From positions 16,183-80,182 of the forward strand of contig JANLFM010000006.1 of assembly GCA_024655865.1 (NCBI GenBank): a stretch of DNA of 64,000 nucleotides, read 5' to 3'. Made by a program: the position numbers and the translations under genes. The notes under the pieces are model-generated. The model did not search any database and was not told the DNA's origin. It worked only from the letters and a program-made list of their open reading frames with translations. Origin of the DNA: Caldisericota bacterium (GTDB lineage: Bacteria > Caldisericota > JANLFM01). Below are positions 19,217-28,230 of the stretch, in pieces. Within the stretch, counting starts at the first letter, position 1; the number at the start of each line of letters is the position of its first letter.

Positions 19217-20172
19217 AGGATACCTCCTTTCTGGAAGAGAACCACAAGCAACATCCCCAGGAGGCTCAAAGGCGCCAGGATCTTCCAGCCAAAACTGATC
19301 ATCTGGTCAATGCGGATTCTGGCCACTGCAGCTTTGATGTAGGCCAAAATAAAGATCACGATTAAGGTCTTGATCAGGTAAGCGATAAAACCAGGGATTC
19401 CTAAAAATGACTGCGCACCGCCCAGGAAAACGGCGGAAAGCAGGGAAGCACCCACAACCATTTCCATGTCCAAAGAGAGCCTGAAGATAGCCAGGAGTCT
19501 TCCGGAATATTCCGTGAATGGCCCGGCGACCAGCTCAGTTTCCGCATCAGGGATATCGAACGGCTTGCGCTCCAATTTCCCCTGGAGGGCTATGATTCCC
19601 ACGATGAAAGCTAAAATTACCGGAATGAAGTAGAAGGGGTGAGCGAACAAAAAGGATGGCAGGTTCTGGGAGATCTCCGAGATGTTCCAGGTTCCCAAAA
19701 GCAAAGCAGGGGTGAGGAGAGCCAGGAAAAAAGGAACCTCATAAGCGAATAGCTGAGTGAGGCACCTGATTCCCCCCAGGATACTGTAGGCCGTCGCAGA
19801 ATTCCATCCTGAAAGGGAAAGCACCAAGGTGGGGATAGTCAAAAGGTAAGCCACGATTACCAAGTCCCCCTGATAAGAGTATAGGGCCTGGGGAGACCAG
19901 ACCGGAATAAAGAAAAAGGCCGTCACCACGCTGGCGAAGGCGAAATAGGGAAGGAGGGTGTAGAGGTAGTACCCAGCGGAACGGGGAACGATCACCTCCT
20001 TGGAAAAGAGCTTGATCAAGTCGGCCAGGGGTTGCCAGTAAGGAGGCCCCACTCTGTTCTGCATACGGGCATATAATTTGCGATCCAGCCATTCCGCGAA
20101 AATGGCATAAATTACCAGGAACAGGAACCCCGGAAATATTAAAAGTTGAAGGACAAAAAGCAGTTCGTTCAT
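19213..20172 (-). CDS. NuoH/HycD-like membrane subunit
   Basis: Polytopic membrane protein. The 4-bp overlaps with neighbouring genes are typical of an operon. Confidence 0.8.
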   Translation of the reverse strand: MNELLFVLQLLIFPGFLFLVIYAIFAEWLDRKLYARMQNRVGPPYWQPLADLIKLFSKEVIVPRSAGYYLYTLLPYFAFASVVTAFFFIPVWSPQALYSYQGDLVIVAYLLTIPTLVLSLSGWNSATAYSILGGIRCLTQLFAYEVPFFLALLTPALLLGTWNISEISQNLPSFLFAHPFYFIPVILAFIVGIIALQGKLERKPFDIPDAETELVAGPFTEYSGRLLAIFRLSLDMEMVVGASLLSAVFLGGAQSFLGIPGFIAYLIKTLIVIFILAYIKAAVARIRIDQMISFGWKILAPLSLLGMLLVVLFQKGGIL

Positions 20173-21344
20173 AGCGGTTTCTTTGCGATACTCCTCCTTC
20201 TCAGTTCTTCCCAGGTGAGAATCTCTCCCTCTTTTTCCCCCGCCTGTTTCAAAAGAATCAGGCGATCAGTGCAGGAAAGGCAGGGGTCGATTGCCGCAAT
20301 AATGATGGGGATGTCAGCTACTTGCTGATTCAAAAGGCAGTGCCTGATGGACATTAAATTTGCCATTGTAGGAGCGCGCACTTTCACCCTGTCCGGCTTC
20401 TCGCTTCCGTTCGCCCGCACGTAGTGGATGCATTCCCCGCGAGGGGCTTCGTAGCGAGATGTGGCTTCTCCTTGAGGAACCTTTCTGGGAACACGCGCGG
20501 TGATGGGACCTTCCGGGAGATTTTTCAGAGCGTATTTAATGATTTTCACGGATTCAAAAATCTCCCCCACCCTGACCAGTGTTCGACCCAGGACGTCACC
20601 TCTCTCAGAAGTAATTACCTGGAAGGGAATCTGGTCATAGGCGGCGTAGGGAAAATCTCTCCTGACATCGTAGTTCACGCCTGAACCTCTGGCAGTGGGA
20701 CCCACGGCGCAATAAGCAATGGCAATGTCCTTAGGGAGATACCCCACTCCGGAGACCCGGGCGATGAACGTGCTTTCCTCCCTGGCCACCTTCTCATAAT
20801 ACAGGGTGCGCTCCTCCAGAATCTTTATTCCCTTGAGGGTCTCGTCGATTTCCTCCTGATTCATATCCTTGCGCACACCGCCGAAGGTGTTCATGCCGTA
20901 GTTGACTCTATTCCCGGTGATGATCTCCAAAAGGTCCATGACGATTTCCCGATCCCTCCAGGAGACCATAAAGAGAGTATCAAATCCAATTTCGTGGCCA
21001 GCGACACCCAGCCAGAGGAGGTGACTGTGGATTCTCTCCAGCTCTCCCACTACGGTGCGCAAAAATTTTGCCCGGGGTGGGACTTCCACGTTCAGGATTT
21101 TTTCCACGGCCTGCACGAAATTAGTGGCATGTGTGTGGGAGCAAATGCCACAAATTCTCTCTATCATGTATAGATCCTGGATGTAGGTTCTTTCCTCAGC
21201 AGCTTTTTCAATTCCCCGGTGGTTATAGCCCATCCGGATGTCGGCGTCCACAATTGTTTCTCCATCCAGGGTAAAGCGGAAATGAATGGGCTCTTTTAAA
21301 AGCGGGTGCTGTGGTCCAATCGGTAAAGTCAATCTTTCACTCAT
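20169..21344 (-). CDS. Group-4 [NiFe] hydrogenase large subunit (NuoD/HycE/MbhL-like)
   Basis: N-terminal RICGICSHTHA (L1 Ni-Fe ligands) and C-terminal DPCLSCTDR (L2). A C-terminal extension follows, a substrate for the HycI-like protease. Confidence 0.9.
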   Translation of the reverse strand: MSERLTLPIGPQHPLLKEPIHFRFTLDGETIVDADIRMGYNHRGIEKAAEERTYIQDLYMIERICGICSHTHATNFVQAVEKILNVEVPPRAKFLRTVVGELERIHSHLLWLGVAGHEIGFDTLFMVSWRDREIVMDLLEIITGNRVNYGMNTFGGVRKDMNQEEIDETLKGIKILEERTLYYEKVAREESTFIARVSGVGYLPKDIAIAYCAVGPTARGSGVNYDVRRDFPYAAYDQIPFQVITSERGDVLGRTLVRVGEIFESVKIIKYALKNLPEGPITARVPRKVPQGEATSRYEAPRGECIHYVRANGSEKPDRVKVRAPTMANLMSIRHCLLNQQVADIPIIIAAIDPCLSCTDRLILLKQAGEKEGEILTWEELRRRSIAKKPL

Positions 21345-21717
21345 TGCTTTTCACCTCCCCTGGTTTGAAATCCTTGCGCAAAGGGTAAACGCCTTCCGGC
21401 CAATGCTCTGGCAAGATCAATCTCCGGCCGTCGATTATGCCCTCGAATTTCACCCCCAAAAGATCCTGGATCTCCCTTTCGTAAAGGATTCCCCCAGGTA
21501 AAACAGGGGTTATAGAGGGGAGAACGGGGTTTTCTTTAGGAACTGAAGTGCGCACGTTCAAATCGCCCTCACTGCCCACAAAGTGGTAGAGGATGTAGTA
21601 ATTATCGCCCTCTTCGTATCCGGAAATCGTGGAAAGAAGACGAAATGCTCCGCTCTTTAAAAACTCCTCCACCCAGTTTCGGATTTCGGAGGAATTGACA
21701 TCAACCCACATGCCCAC
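21337..21717 (-). CDS. NuoC-like (30 kDa) hydrogenase subunit
   Basis: Lies in the conserved NuoB-NuoC-NuoD order. Size and composition fit the Complex-I 30-kDa family. Confidence 0.75.
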   Translation of the reverse strand: MGMWVDVNSSEIRNWVEEFLKSGAFRLLSTISGYEEGDNYYILYHFVGSEGDLNVRTSVPKENPVLPSITPVLPGGILYEREIQDLLGVKFEGIIDGRRLILPEHWPEGVYPLRKDFKPGEVKSNE

Positions 21718-21720
21718 TCG

Positions 21721-22149
21721 CTATCCTCCTTTCTTTAGCTTCTCCAATAGCGCGTAAACTCCCTGGATAATGGCATCGGGGCGGGGAGGGCAACCGGGGA
21801 CATAGGCAGTCACGGGAATAACGTCGTCCATCCCTCCCAGGGTGTTGTAACAGCCGCGGAAAACTCCACCCGAGATTGCGCAGGCCCCTACGGCCACAAC
21901 GAATTTAGGATGAGGTATCTGATCGTAAATGCGTTTCAGCCTGCTCTTGATCTGCTCATTTACGGGACCAGTGCAGACAAGGATATCTGCGTGTCTGGGA
22001 GTTCCCTTGAGGAGGATACCGAAGCGCTCTACATCGAAGCGCGGGGTAAGTGCTGCCAGAACCTCTATGTCGCACCCGTTGCACCCACCAGCATTGAAGT
22101 GGATGATCCACGGGGATGCTCTTCTTGACCATTCTACAATCTTGGACAT
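21721..22149 (-). CDS. NuoB-like [4Fe-4S] small subunit of the group-4 hydrogenase
   Basis: Motifs GGCNGCDIE, GACA and GCPPRPD. Confidence 0.85.
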   Translation of the reverse strand: MSKIVEWSRRASPWIIHFNAGGCNGCDIEVLAALTPRFDVERFGILLKGTPRHADILVCTGPVNEQIKSRLKRIYDQIPHPKFVVAVGACAISGGVFRGCYNTLGGMDDVIPVTAYVPGCPPRPDAIIQGVYALLEKLKKGG

Positions 22150-22153
22150 TTCT

Positions 22154-22465
22154 TCACCTCAATATTAGAGACAGAAGGGCCAGGACAATTATTCCTGCGT
22201 AAACGAGCCCCACCCAGGCCAGACCGTAGGGGAGAAGCCCCAAAAGTAAAGCCAGGACGTGAAGCACGGTGAAAAAAAGAGCAATGGGAAAGAATACCCG
22301 GTACCCGATGAATTTTTTTTCGCCAGGTATGTCCTCGCCTCCGGCATAGGAAGTAGTAGCTTCCTCGTCGGGAGGAGCCTGGGGGGATATCCTCTTTCCT
22401 CCAAACCCCAAAAGGAGCGCCACGAGGAGGAAGAAAACAAAAGCTAAGGGAGGAACGAAGCTCAT
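22154..22465 (-). CDS. Small hydrophobic Mbh/Mrp-associated membrane subunit
   Basis: 103 aa with two or three TM helices, located between the antiporter-like subunits and NuoB. The assignment rests on position only. Confidence 0.45.
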   Translation of the reverse strand: MSFVPPLAFVFFLLVALLLGFGGKRISPQAPPDEEATTSYAGGEDIPGEKKFIGYRVFFPIALFFTVLHVLALLLGLLPYGLAWVGLVYAGIIVLALLSLILR

Positions 22466-23923
22466 CTAAAACCCTCCTTTAAGCAAGGAGAAAGCCTGAG
22501 CAACCCAGCTTCTTACGGGATCAGGCTGAACTCCAAGATAGATTGTTAGAAGGCAAAGGATAACCAGAGCGACAGTCATGGCCCAGGGGACTTCCTTTAT
22601 TGCGGGGACCTTTTCCGCCTTTTCCTTGCTGTATAAAACGCCGATTGCCGGGAGATAGTAGCCCAGGGAAAGGACAGAGTTGAAAATAGCCACGAGCGAC
22701 CCAGCCCAGCCCAAAGCGGTGCCGCTCTGAATACCGCTCTGATAGATCAAAAGTTTGCTCATGAATCCCGAGAAGGGGGGCACTCCAGCCAGAGAGAGAG
22801 CGGCGACCGAGAAAGTCAAAGCAGTGACGGGCATTCTCCATCCTGCACCCCTCATATCCTCTAAATAGCCGGAGCTTAGCCGGAAAATCAGGGCTCCGGC
22901 GCAGAGGAAGGCCAGCCCTTTCATGAAGGCGTGAGTGATGATGTGAAACACGCCTCCGGTAAACCCGCTGGCTACGCCGTAGGTGGCTCCCATCCCAATT
23001 CCTAAAAGGATGTAGCCCATCTGCGCGATGGAGGAGTAAGCGAGCATCCGTTTGAGCTGCTTCTGGGTCAGGGCCATGATATTTCCCGCGGTCATTGTCA
23101 GGAGGGCAAACCAGATCAGAATTTCTCCCCAGGGGAGGCTGGCGCCCAGGGAGAGCATTATCCTGAGCATGGTAAAAAGCCCGGTCTGAATAATGATTCC
23201 CGAAAGCATGGCAGAAATTCCCGAGGGAGCTTCAGGGTGAGCGTCGGGAAGCCAGGTATGCAGAGGGAACATAGCCGCTTTGATTCCGAAGCCAATGAGG
23301 AACAGGGTTATGGGCAACCAGATTGAGGCACCGCCAGAAGCGGTGAAGAGATAATTCAGGTCTAAATTGCCGAATTGGGCATAAACCAGGGAGATACCTA
23401 AGAGGATAAAGGCTGATCCGGTAACGGACATAACCATGAACTTGATGCCCGCCTCCACCGGTTCCCATTTGTCCTTACGAAAAGCCACCAGGGCAAAGGA
23501 AGTAATTGAGAGAAGCTCAAAGAACAGGTAAAGGTTGAAGAGGTCATAGGCAAAGGCCAGTCCGATCACCGAAAGGACCATGAGGAGCAAAAGCGGGAAG
23601 AATTTGCTCGTTCCGGTATCCTCCTCCATGTAAACGATGGAGTAAAGGGCCACGACGGTACCCAGGACAAGGCTGACTTCGGCCACAATCCACCCCAGGA
23701 GGTCGATCTGCCAAGAAAGGACGCCAAAAAGTAAAACCTTTTCGCTCGCTCCTGTCATGCGGAAAAGAAGGGAGAAACTAATCAGGCTCCCCAGAAGAGC
23801 AAGAAAAGCGATTACGCCTGAGATCAGCCTCTCCCTGTGACGGAAGAGAACCCCTCCTAAATAGCTGGCGACAGCTCCCAGGACAAGCAAAGAAATTGTG
23901 GTTTCCAGGAAGGATGCACTCAC
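22466..23923 (-). CDS. NuoN/MrpD-like antiporter-type membrane subunit
   Basis: 485-aa polytopic protein with NuoL/M/N family features. Confidence 0.8.
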   Translation of the reverse strand: MSASFLETTISLLVLGAVASYLGGVLFRHRERLISGVIAFLALLGSLISFSLLFRMTGASEKVLLFGVLSWQIDLLGWIVAEVSLVLGTVVALYSIVYMEEDTGTSKFFPLLLLMVLSVIGLAFAYDLFNLYLFFELLSITSFALVAFRKDKWEPVEAGIKFMVMSVTGSAFILLGISLVYAQFGNLDLNYLFTASGGASIWLPITLFLIGFGIKAAMFPLHTWLPDAHPEAPSGISAMLSGIIIQTGLFTMLRIMLSLGASLPWGEILIWFALLTMTAGNIMALTQKQLKRMLAYSSIAQMGYILLGIGMGATYGVASGFTGGVFHIITHAFMKGLAFLCAGALIFRLSSGYLEDMRGAGWRMPVTALTFSVAALSLAGVPPFSGFMSKLLIYQSGIQSGTALGWAGSLVAIFNSVLSLGYYLPAIGVLYSKEKAEKVPAIKEVPWAMTVALVILCLLTIYLGVQPDPVRSWVAQAFSLLKGGF

Positions 23924-23925
23924 CT

Positions 23926-25374
23926 TTAGCCTCCTACTTGAATGCCCAGAAGATTAAGAGCGCCCCTCACCAGTTGAAACGCTGGACCGGGGTATATTCC
24001 AAAGATGATCATAATTAAGAGACCGGCTGCCAGGGCCAAAGAGGTATTCCAGGGAGGCCTGATCACCGATCCCTCGTGCTCCTTTTGAAGTGGTCCGAAG
24101 AAGACGAACCTCACCAGGCGCAAGCCGTAAGCTGCCGTGAGCACGGAAGCCACTAATGCCAGGGAGGCGACCAGGTAATTTGATGAAGCAAATCCTCCCG
24201 AGAATGTGAGAAACTCGGGCCAGAATCCCAGAACTGGCGGCGCTCCAAGAAGAGAAAGCATGGCCGCTGAGGCACAGACTGCAGCAAAGGGGTGTCTTTT
24301 GGCCCAGCCCCCCAGCTCGTCCAGGCGCCAGGTAGAGGCACTCTCAGCCACCAATGCCACGGAGGTAAAGAGCACGAGCTTGGTAACCGCCTGGTTCATG
24401 ATGTTGAAAACCGAACCGGAGATTCCTAAAGGGACTAAAGTGGCGAACCCGAAAAGAACATATCCCATCTGGCTCATTGAGGAGTAAGCGATCATCCTCT
24501 TGGCGTTCTTCTCCGCAAGGGCCATCGCTCCTCCGTAGAACATATTCACCAGGCTAGCAATCAAAAAGGGAAGGGATAGTTTTAAGAGGGCTTCCCGGGG
24601 GAAGAAGGGAAGGAACCTGGCGAATCCGTAAATTCCCACCGAGGTCATCATGCCCACGAGGACCAGGGTAACTGGCATGCTGGAAGTAGTGTAAGCATCC
24701 GGAAGCCAGGTGTGGAACGGGAAGATCGCCAGTTTCACGATAAATGCCATGAAGAATAAAGCTGCCATCCAAACGAGGGTGGATACAGGCAACTTGGGTA
24801 GGAGATCCTGAAGCACGAACATGTTCGTAGTACCTAAAGTGGAATAAATCCAAAGAATGGAGGCCAGAGTGAGTACGGCGCCGATATGGGTGATGATGAA
24901 GAACTTCAATCCCGTATAGCGCACCTTTTTGGGGTCCTCGTTCCAGTTTACAACGAGCGCCCAGGCCGGGATAAGCATCGCCTCCCAGAACACGTAAAAC
25001 TGGATCAAATCCCGCGCTAAAGCCACACCCACCGTGCCGAAAAGGACAAGCAGGATCAGGGAGTAGAAGGAAGGGGACCTCTCGTGTTCCAGGGGTTTTC
25101 TCAAAGAGTAGAGAAGGGAGTAAGCGCAGGCAAAAGAAAGCACGATCAGGACAATAGCAGTTAAATAGTCAAAGGAAAGCACCATGGTCACCCCCAGGCC
25201 CAACCCCAGATAAACGGTGAGTTTCTGGGGCAGGAGAAGGAACACGAACAAAAGCTCCAGGAGGGCGGTGACCAAAGCGAGAATCGCTGCAGTTTCCTTT
25301 TTATCTTTTGGGAACAAAAGGACAATCAGCGCCCCCAGAAGGGGAAGAAATTGTAAAACTAAGAGCTCTACCAT
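23926..25374 (-). CDS. NuoM/MrpD-like antiporter-type membrane subunit
   Basis: 482-aa paralog of the neighbouring subunits. Confidence 0.8.
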   Translation of the reverse strand: MVELLVLQFLPLLGALIVLLFPKDKKETAAILALVTALLELLFVFLLLPQKLTVYLGLGLGVTMVLSFDYLTAIVLIVLSFACAYSLLYSLRKPLEHERSPSFYSLILLVLFGTVGVALARDLIQFYVFWEAMLIPAWALVVNWNEDPKKVRYTGLKFFIITHIGAVLTLASILWIYSTLGTTNMFVLQDLLPKLPVSTLVWMAALFFMAFIVKLAIFPFHTWLPDAYTTSSMPVTLVLVGMMTSVGIYGFARFLPFFPREALLKLSLPFLIASLVNMFYGGAMALAEKNAKRMIAYSSMSQMGYVLFGFATLVPLGISGSVFNIMNQAVTKLVLFTSVALVAESASTWRLDELGGWAKRHPFAAVCASAAMLSLLGAPPVLGFWPEFLTFSGGFASSNYLVASLALVASVLTAAYGLRLVRFVFFGPLQKEHEGSVIRPPWNTSLALAAGLLIMIIFGIYPGPAFQLVRGALNLLGIQVGG

Positions 25375-27188
25375 AGGATCAACCCCAGAATGATTAGTAA
25401 GGCAACTACAATGTAGAGCAGGTTCCAGTGCAGATCACCGGTTTGCATTTTCCTGCTTGAGATACTCAAGGCCACGCTGCCTTCTCCTGTGGCCCGGTTT
25501 ATCCCCTCCATCACCTTTTCCTCAAAGAAAGTGGAAAGGAGGTTGGAGGTAGCATAAATCTGCTGAGAGAGCCAGCCGTATAAAATATCAAATCCTAAAC
25601 CTACGGAAACTGCTTTGAAGAAGGCGGGAATTTTACCCTTCAGCCAGCCCAGGTTCCTGCGATAGTAAAAGATCAAAAAGCCCAATACGATTACACAGAC
25701 CGTGATCAGGAAAGCTGTGGAGGAAAAGGTCTCCCTCAAAAGCTCCAGCCAGTCAATGTGCGGAGCTTCCAGGCCTGTCCTTATCCAGGAAGTGGTCAAG
25801 GGCCCTACAAGCACCCATGAGACCAGGGAGCCCAGAGCGAGAAGCGTGAGCGGGCCGGTCATCACGACAGGCGCTTCCTTGACGTGAGCGCTGGTTCTTC
25901 TCTTTCCCCAGAACACAACGGCCGTGGTGCGCAGGGAGTAATAAGCAGTAAGGAGAGCGGCCAGCGCAGCGACGATCAAAGGCCCCCAGGAACCAGCGAT
26001 CAGGCCTTCCTCTAAAATCATGTCCTTGGAAAAGAAACCGTTGAGCACGGGGAGCCCCATCAATGCCAGGGCTCCGATCAAGAAGGTGGTTCCGGTTACG
26101 GGCATGAACTTCTGGAGTCCGCCCATCTCCCTGATGTCCCTCGTTTTAAGCTCATGGATCACGGCCCCCGCACAGAGGAAAAGCAGGGCTTTGAAGATAG
26201 CGTGGGAGAAAAGGTGGAACTGGGAGGCGAAAACTCCTCCTACCCCCACAGCGAAAACCATGTAGCCTAATTGGGAGATGGTGGAATAGGCCAGAATGCG
26301 CTTCAGGTCATTATGGAAAGCAGCCAGCAGGGAACCTAAAAGCGCGGTCAGAGCGCCAATCCACTGGATGACTACAAGCCAGGATGGAACGAGGGAAAGA
26401 AGCGGATAAACGCGAGCTAAAAGGTAGACGCCGGCGTTCACCATAGTGGCGGCGTGAATCAAAGCGGAGATCGTGGTGGGAGCTTCCATGGCGTCCGGCA
26501 GCCAGACGTGTAGCGGAAGTTGAGCCGACTTTCCCACTGCTCCCAGGATGAAGCCAAAAGCGATGAAGTTCAGGAGGGGAAGAGCGATCTTGCTGCCTTC
26601 GGCCAGTCCCTGGCTGATGGAGAAAGTCCCTGTGAAGGCATAAATTGTAAGGATGGCAGCTAAAAGCCCGATATCTCCGATCCTGGTCGTGAGGAAAGCT
26701 TTCACTCCTGCTGAGGCTGCTTTGGGATCCTTGTAGAAAAAGCCAATCAGGGCATAGGAGCACACTCCCATTACTTCCCAGAAGAAAAAGAGCGACAGAA
26801 AATTATCGGCCAGGGACATCCCGATCATAGAGGCGATGAAGAGCAAGGTGAGGGAGTAATACCGGGAGAGGTTCTCCTCGTGTTTCATGTAACCCAAGGA
26901 ATAGATCAGAACCAGGAACCCGATCCAGGTGGCGATCAATGCGGGAACAACGGAGAGAGTGTCTAACTGAAATCCAGTCTTTAACACTCCGGGTAGCCAT
27001 TCAAAGGATGCCGCCTGAGCACCGATCTGCCCCAGAAGGAAGAACCCGATCACCGCTGTCACGAGACCCACAAAAACGGAAAATAAAGGCACCGCCCTGG
27101 AAGCGAAGAAGTTAAGCAAAGGAACAAGGGCAGCTCCCGCAAGCGGCACGATCAAAAGCAGGAGGGGGATCATCTCTTTATTCATCAC
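25368..27188 (-). CDS. NuoL/MrpA-like antiporter-type membrane subunit
   Basis: 606 aa. It is the longest of the three, with a C-terminal extension like MrpA/NuoL. Confidence 0.8.
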   Translation of the reverse strand: MMNKEMIPLLLLIVPLAGAALVPLLNFFASRAVPLFSVFVGLVTAVIGFFLLGQIGAQAASFEWLPGVLKTGFQLDTLSVVPALIATWIGFLVLIYSLGYMKHEENLSRYYSLTLLFIASMIGMSLADNFLSLFFFWEVMGVCSYALIGFFYKDPKAASAGVKAFLTTRIGDIGLLAAILTIYAFTGTFSISQGLAEGSKIALPLLNFIAFGFILGAVGKSAQLPLHVWLPDAMEAPTTISALIHAATMVNAGVYLLARVYPLLSLVPSWLVVIQWIGALTALLGSLLAAFHNDLKRILAYSTISQLGYMVFAVGVGGVFASQFHLFSHAIFKALLFLCAGAVIHELKTRDIREMGGLQKFMPVTGTTFLIGALALMGLPVLNGFFSKDMILEEGLIAGSWGPLIVAALAALLTAYYSLRTTAVVFWGKRRTSAHVKEAPVVMTGPLTLLALGSLVSWVLVGPLTTSWIRTGLEAPHIDWLELLRETFSSTAFLITVCVIVLGFLIFYYRRNLGWLKGKIPAFFKAVSVGLGFDILYGWLSQQIYATSNLLSTFFEEKVMEGINRATGEGSVALSISSRKMQTGDLHWNLLYIVVALLIILGLILW

Positions 27189-27478
27189 CCTTTCAACCTT
27201 CTCATATCGTCAGTATCAAGCGAGCTCGATTTCTCGTGGAAAGCGTAAACCAGGGCCAGAAATACTGCTACCACCATAACTTCGATAGCAATGGCAATTA
27301 CTGCCAGACTCTGGGTGTAAGATAAGGAGTTGCGCAGGATGCCACTCCAGATCAAGGCAAGCGTAGCGCCTTTGCTCAGGAGTTCCAAACCAATCAGAAT
27401 CTTGATCAGATTGCGCCTGGTAAGCAGGCAGAAGATGCCCAAAGCAAAAAGGGCGAAAACAAAGGGCCAGAGGTTCAT
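27185..27478 (-). CDS. NuoK/MrpC-like membrane subunit
   Basis: 97 aa with a 'LIGLELL' core typical of NuoK/MrpC. Confidence 0.7.
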   Translation of the reverse strand: MNLWPFVFALFALGIFCLLTRRNLIKILIGLELLSKGATLALIWSGILRNSLSYTQSLAVIAIAIEVMVVAVFLALVYAFHEKSSSLDTDDMRRLKG

Positions 27479-27957
27479 CTCTCTTTACTTTCCCCCTCCT
27501 TTCTCAATAACGCCAGAATGCCTAAGACTGCTGCCAGAATTACCAGAATCTGGGGCAATAAATCAAACAGCCTTACCTTCCAAAGAATTTCGCCCACCTC
27601 TCCCCAGCTGGTTTCAGGGATGATGTCCGCCAGGACTTGAGGCCAGAGCGCCTGGAAAAGAAAAAAGACCAGCGCCGCTAAAGCCAGGGAAAGGGCAAGC
27701 CATAGGGCAGCGCCCGGTTGCTTTTTTTCCTTCCTCTTCTGGAGGAAGGAAATCGTGAGCACCGCGAGCACGGTAATCAATCCTGCACCCACTGAGAGTT
27801 CAAAAGCTCCCGCCACCGGGGAATTAAGCTGGTAGAAAGCTATAGAGAGCAGGGCGGAAACCGTCGCCAGGGAGAGGACGGAAAGCAAGGTATCCCTCAA
27901 AAAGACAGCGAGAAGAGCAAAAAACAGAAGAAAACCTAAAGTGAGATAGATCATCAT
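27475..27957 (-). CDS. MrpB-like membrane subunit, first gene of the Mbh/Mrp operon
   Basis: 160-aa hydrophobic protein followed upstream by a 270-bp AT-rich divergent promoter region. Confidence 0.55.
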   Translation of the reverse strand: MMIYLTLGFLLFFALLAVFLRDTLLSVLSLATVSALLSIAFYQLNSPVAGAFELSVGAGLITVLAVLTISFLQKRKEKKQPGAALWLALSLALAALVFFLFQALWPQVLADIIPETSWGEVGEILWKVRLFDLLPQILVILAAVLGILALLRKEGESKER

Positions 27958-28131
27958 TCAGGAACCTCTAAAAGATTTTTGTTTCCTTCTTTAATCTTAA
28001 AACGAGATTTCCAGAAAGTGCCGCATATCGTGTTCATCTTCGAGACCTTTTTATTATAAATTGCTTTCAAAACCTGTCAACGTATAGGTTAAGGGGAGCT
28101 TAAAATTTAAATCCCCTTTTTCAATATTTAG

Positions 28132-28140
28132 TGGTATAAT
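28132..28140 (+). promoter_or_regulatory. Extended -10 element TGGTATAAT upstream of the divergent sensor kinase
   Basis: The consensus TGnTATAAT sits 90 bp upstream of the ATG at 28231. The same GTGGTATAATG core recurs at 58167. Confidence 0.45.
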
Positions 28141-28230
28141 GGCAGAATAGATCTGGGGAGGGTCCGGTTCTTAATGAATAATTTTAATTTTTTACTGAAG
28201 AATAATTCTAATTAATTTTTTATTTGCCAA

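Noticed and set aside
28093-28120. Hairpin AAGGGGA..TCCCCTT followed by TTTT (possible terminator)
   Set aside because: Nothing upstream on the plus strand could be terminated here. It more likely belongs to the divergent promoter region. It is kept only as part of the regulatory interval.
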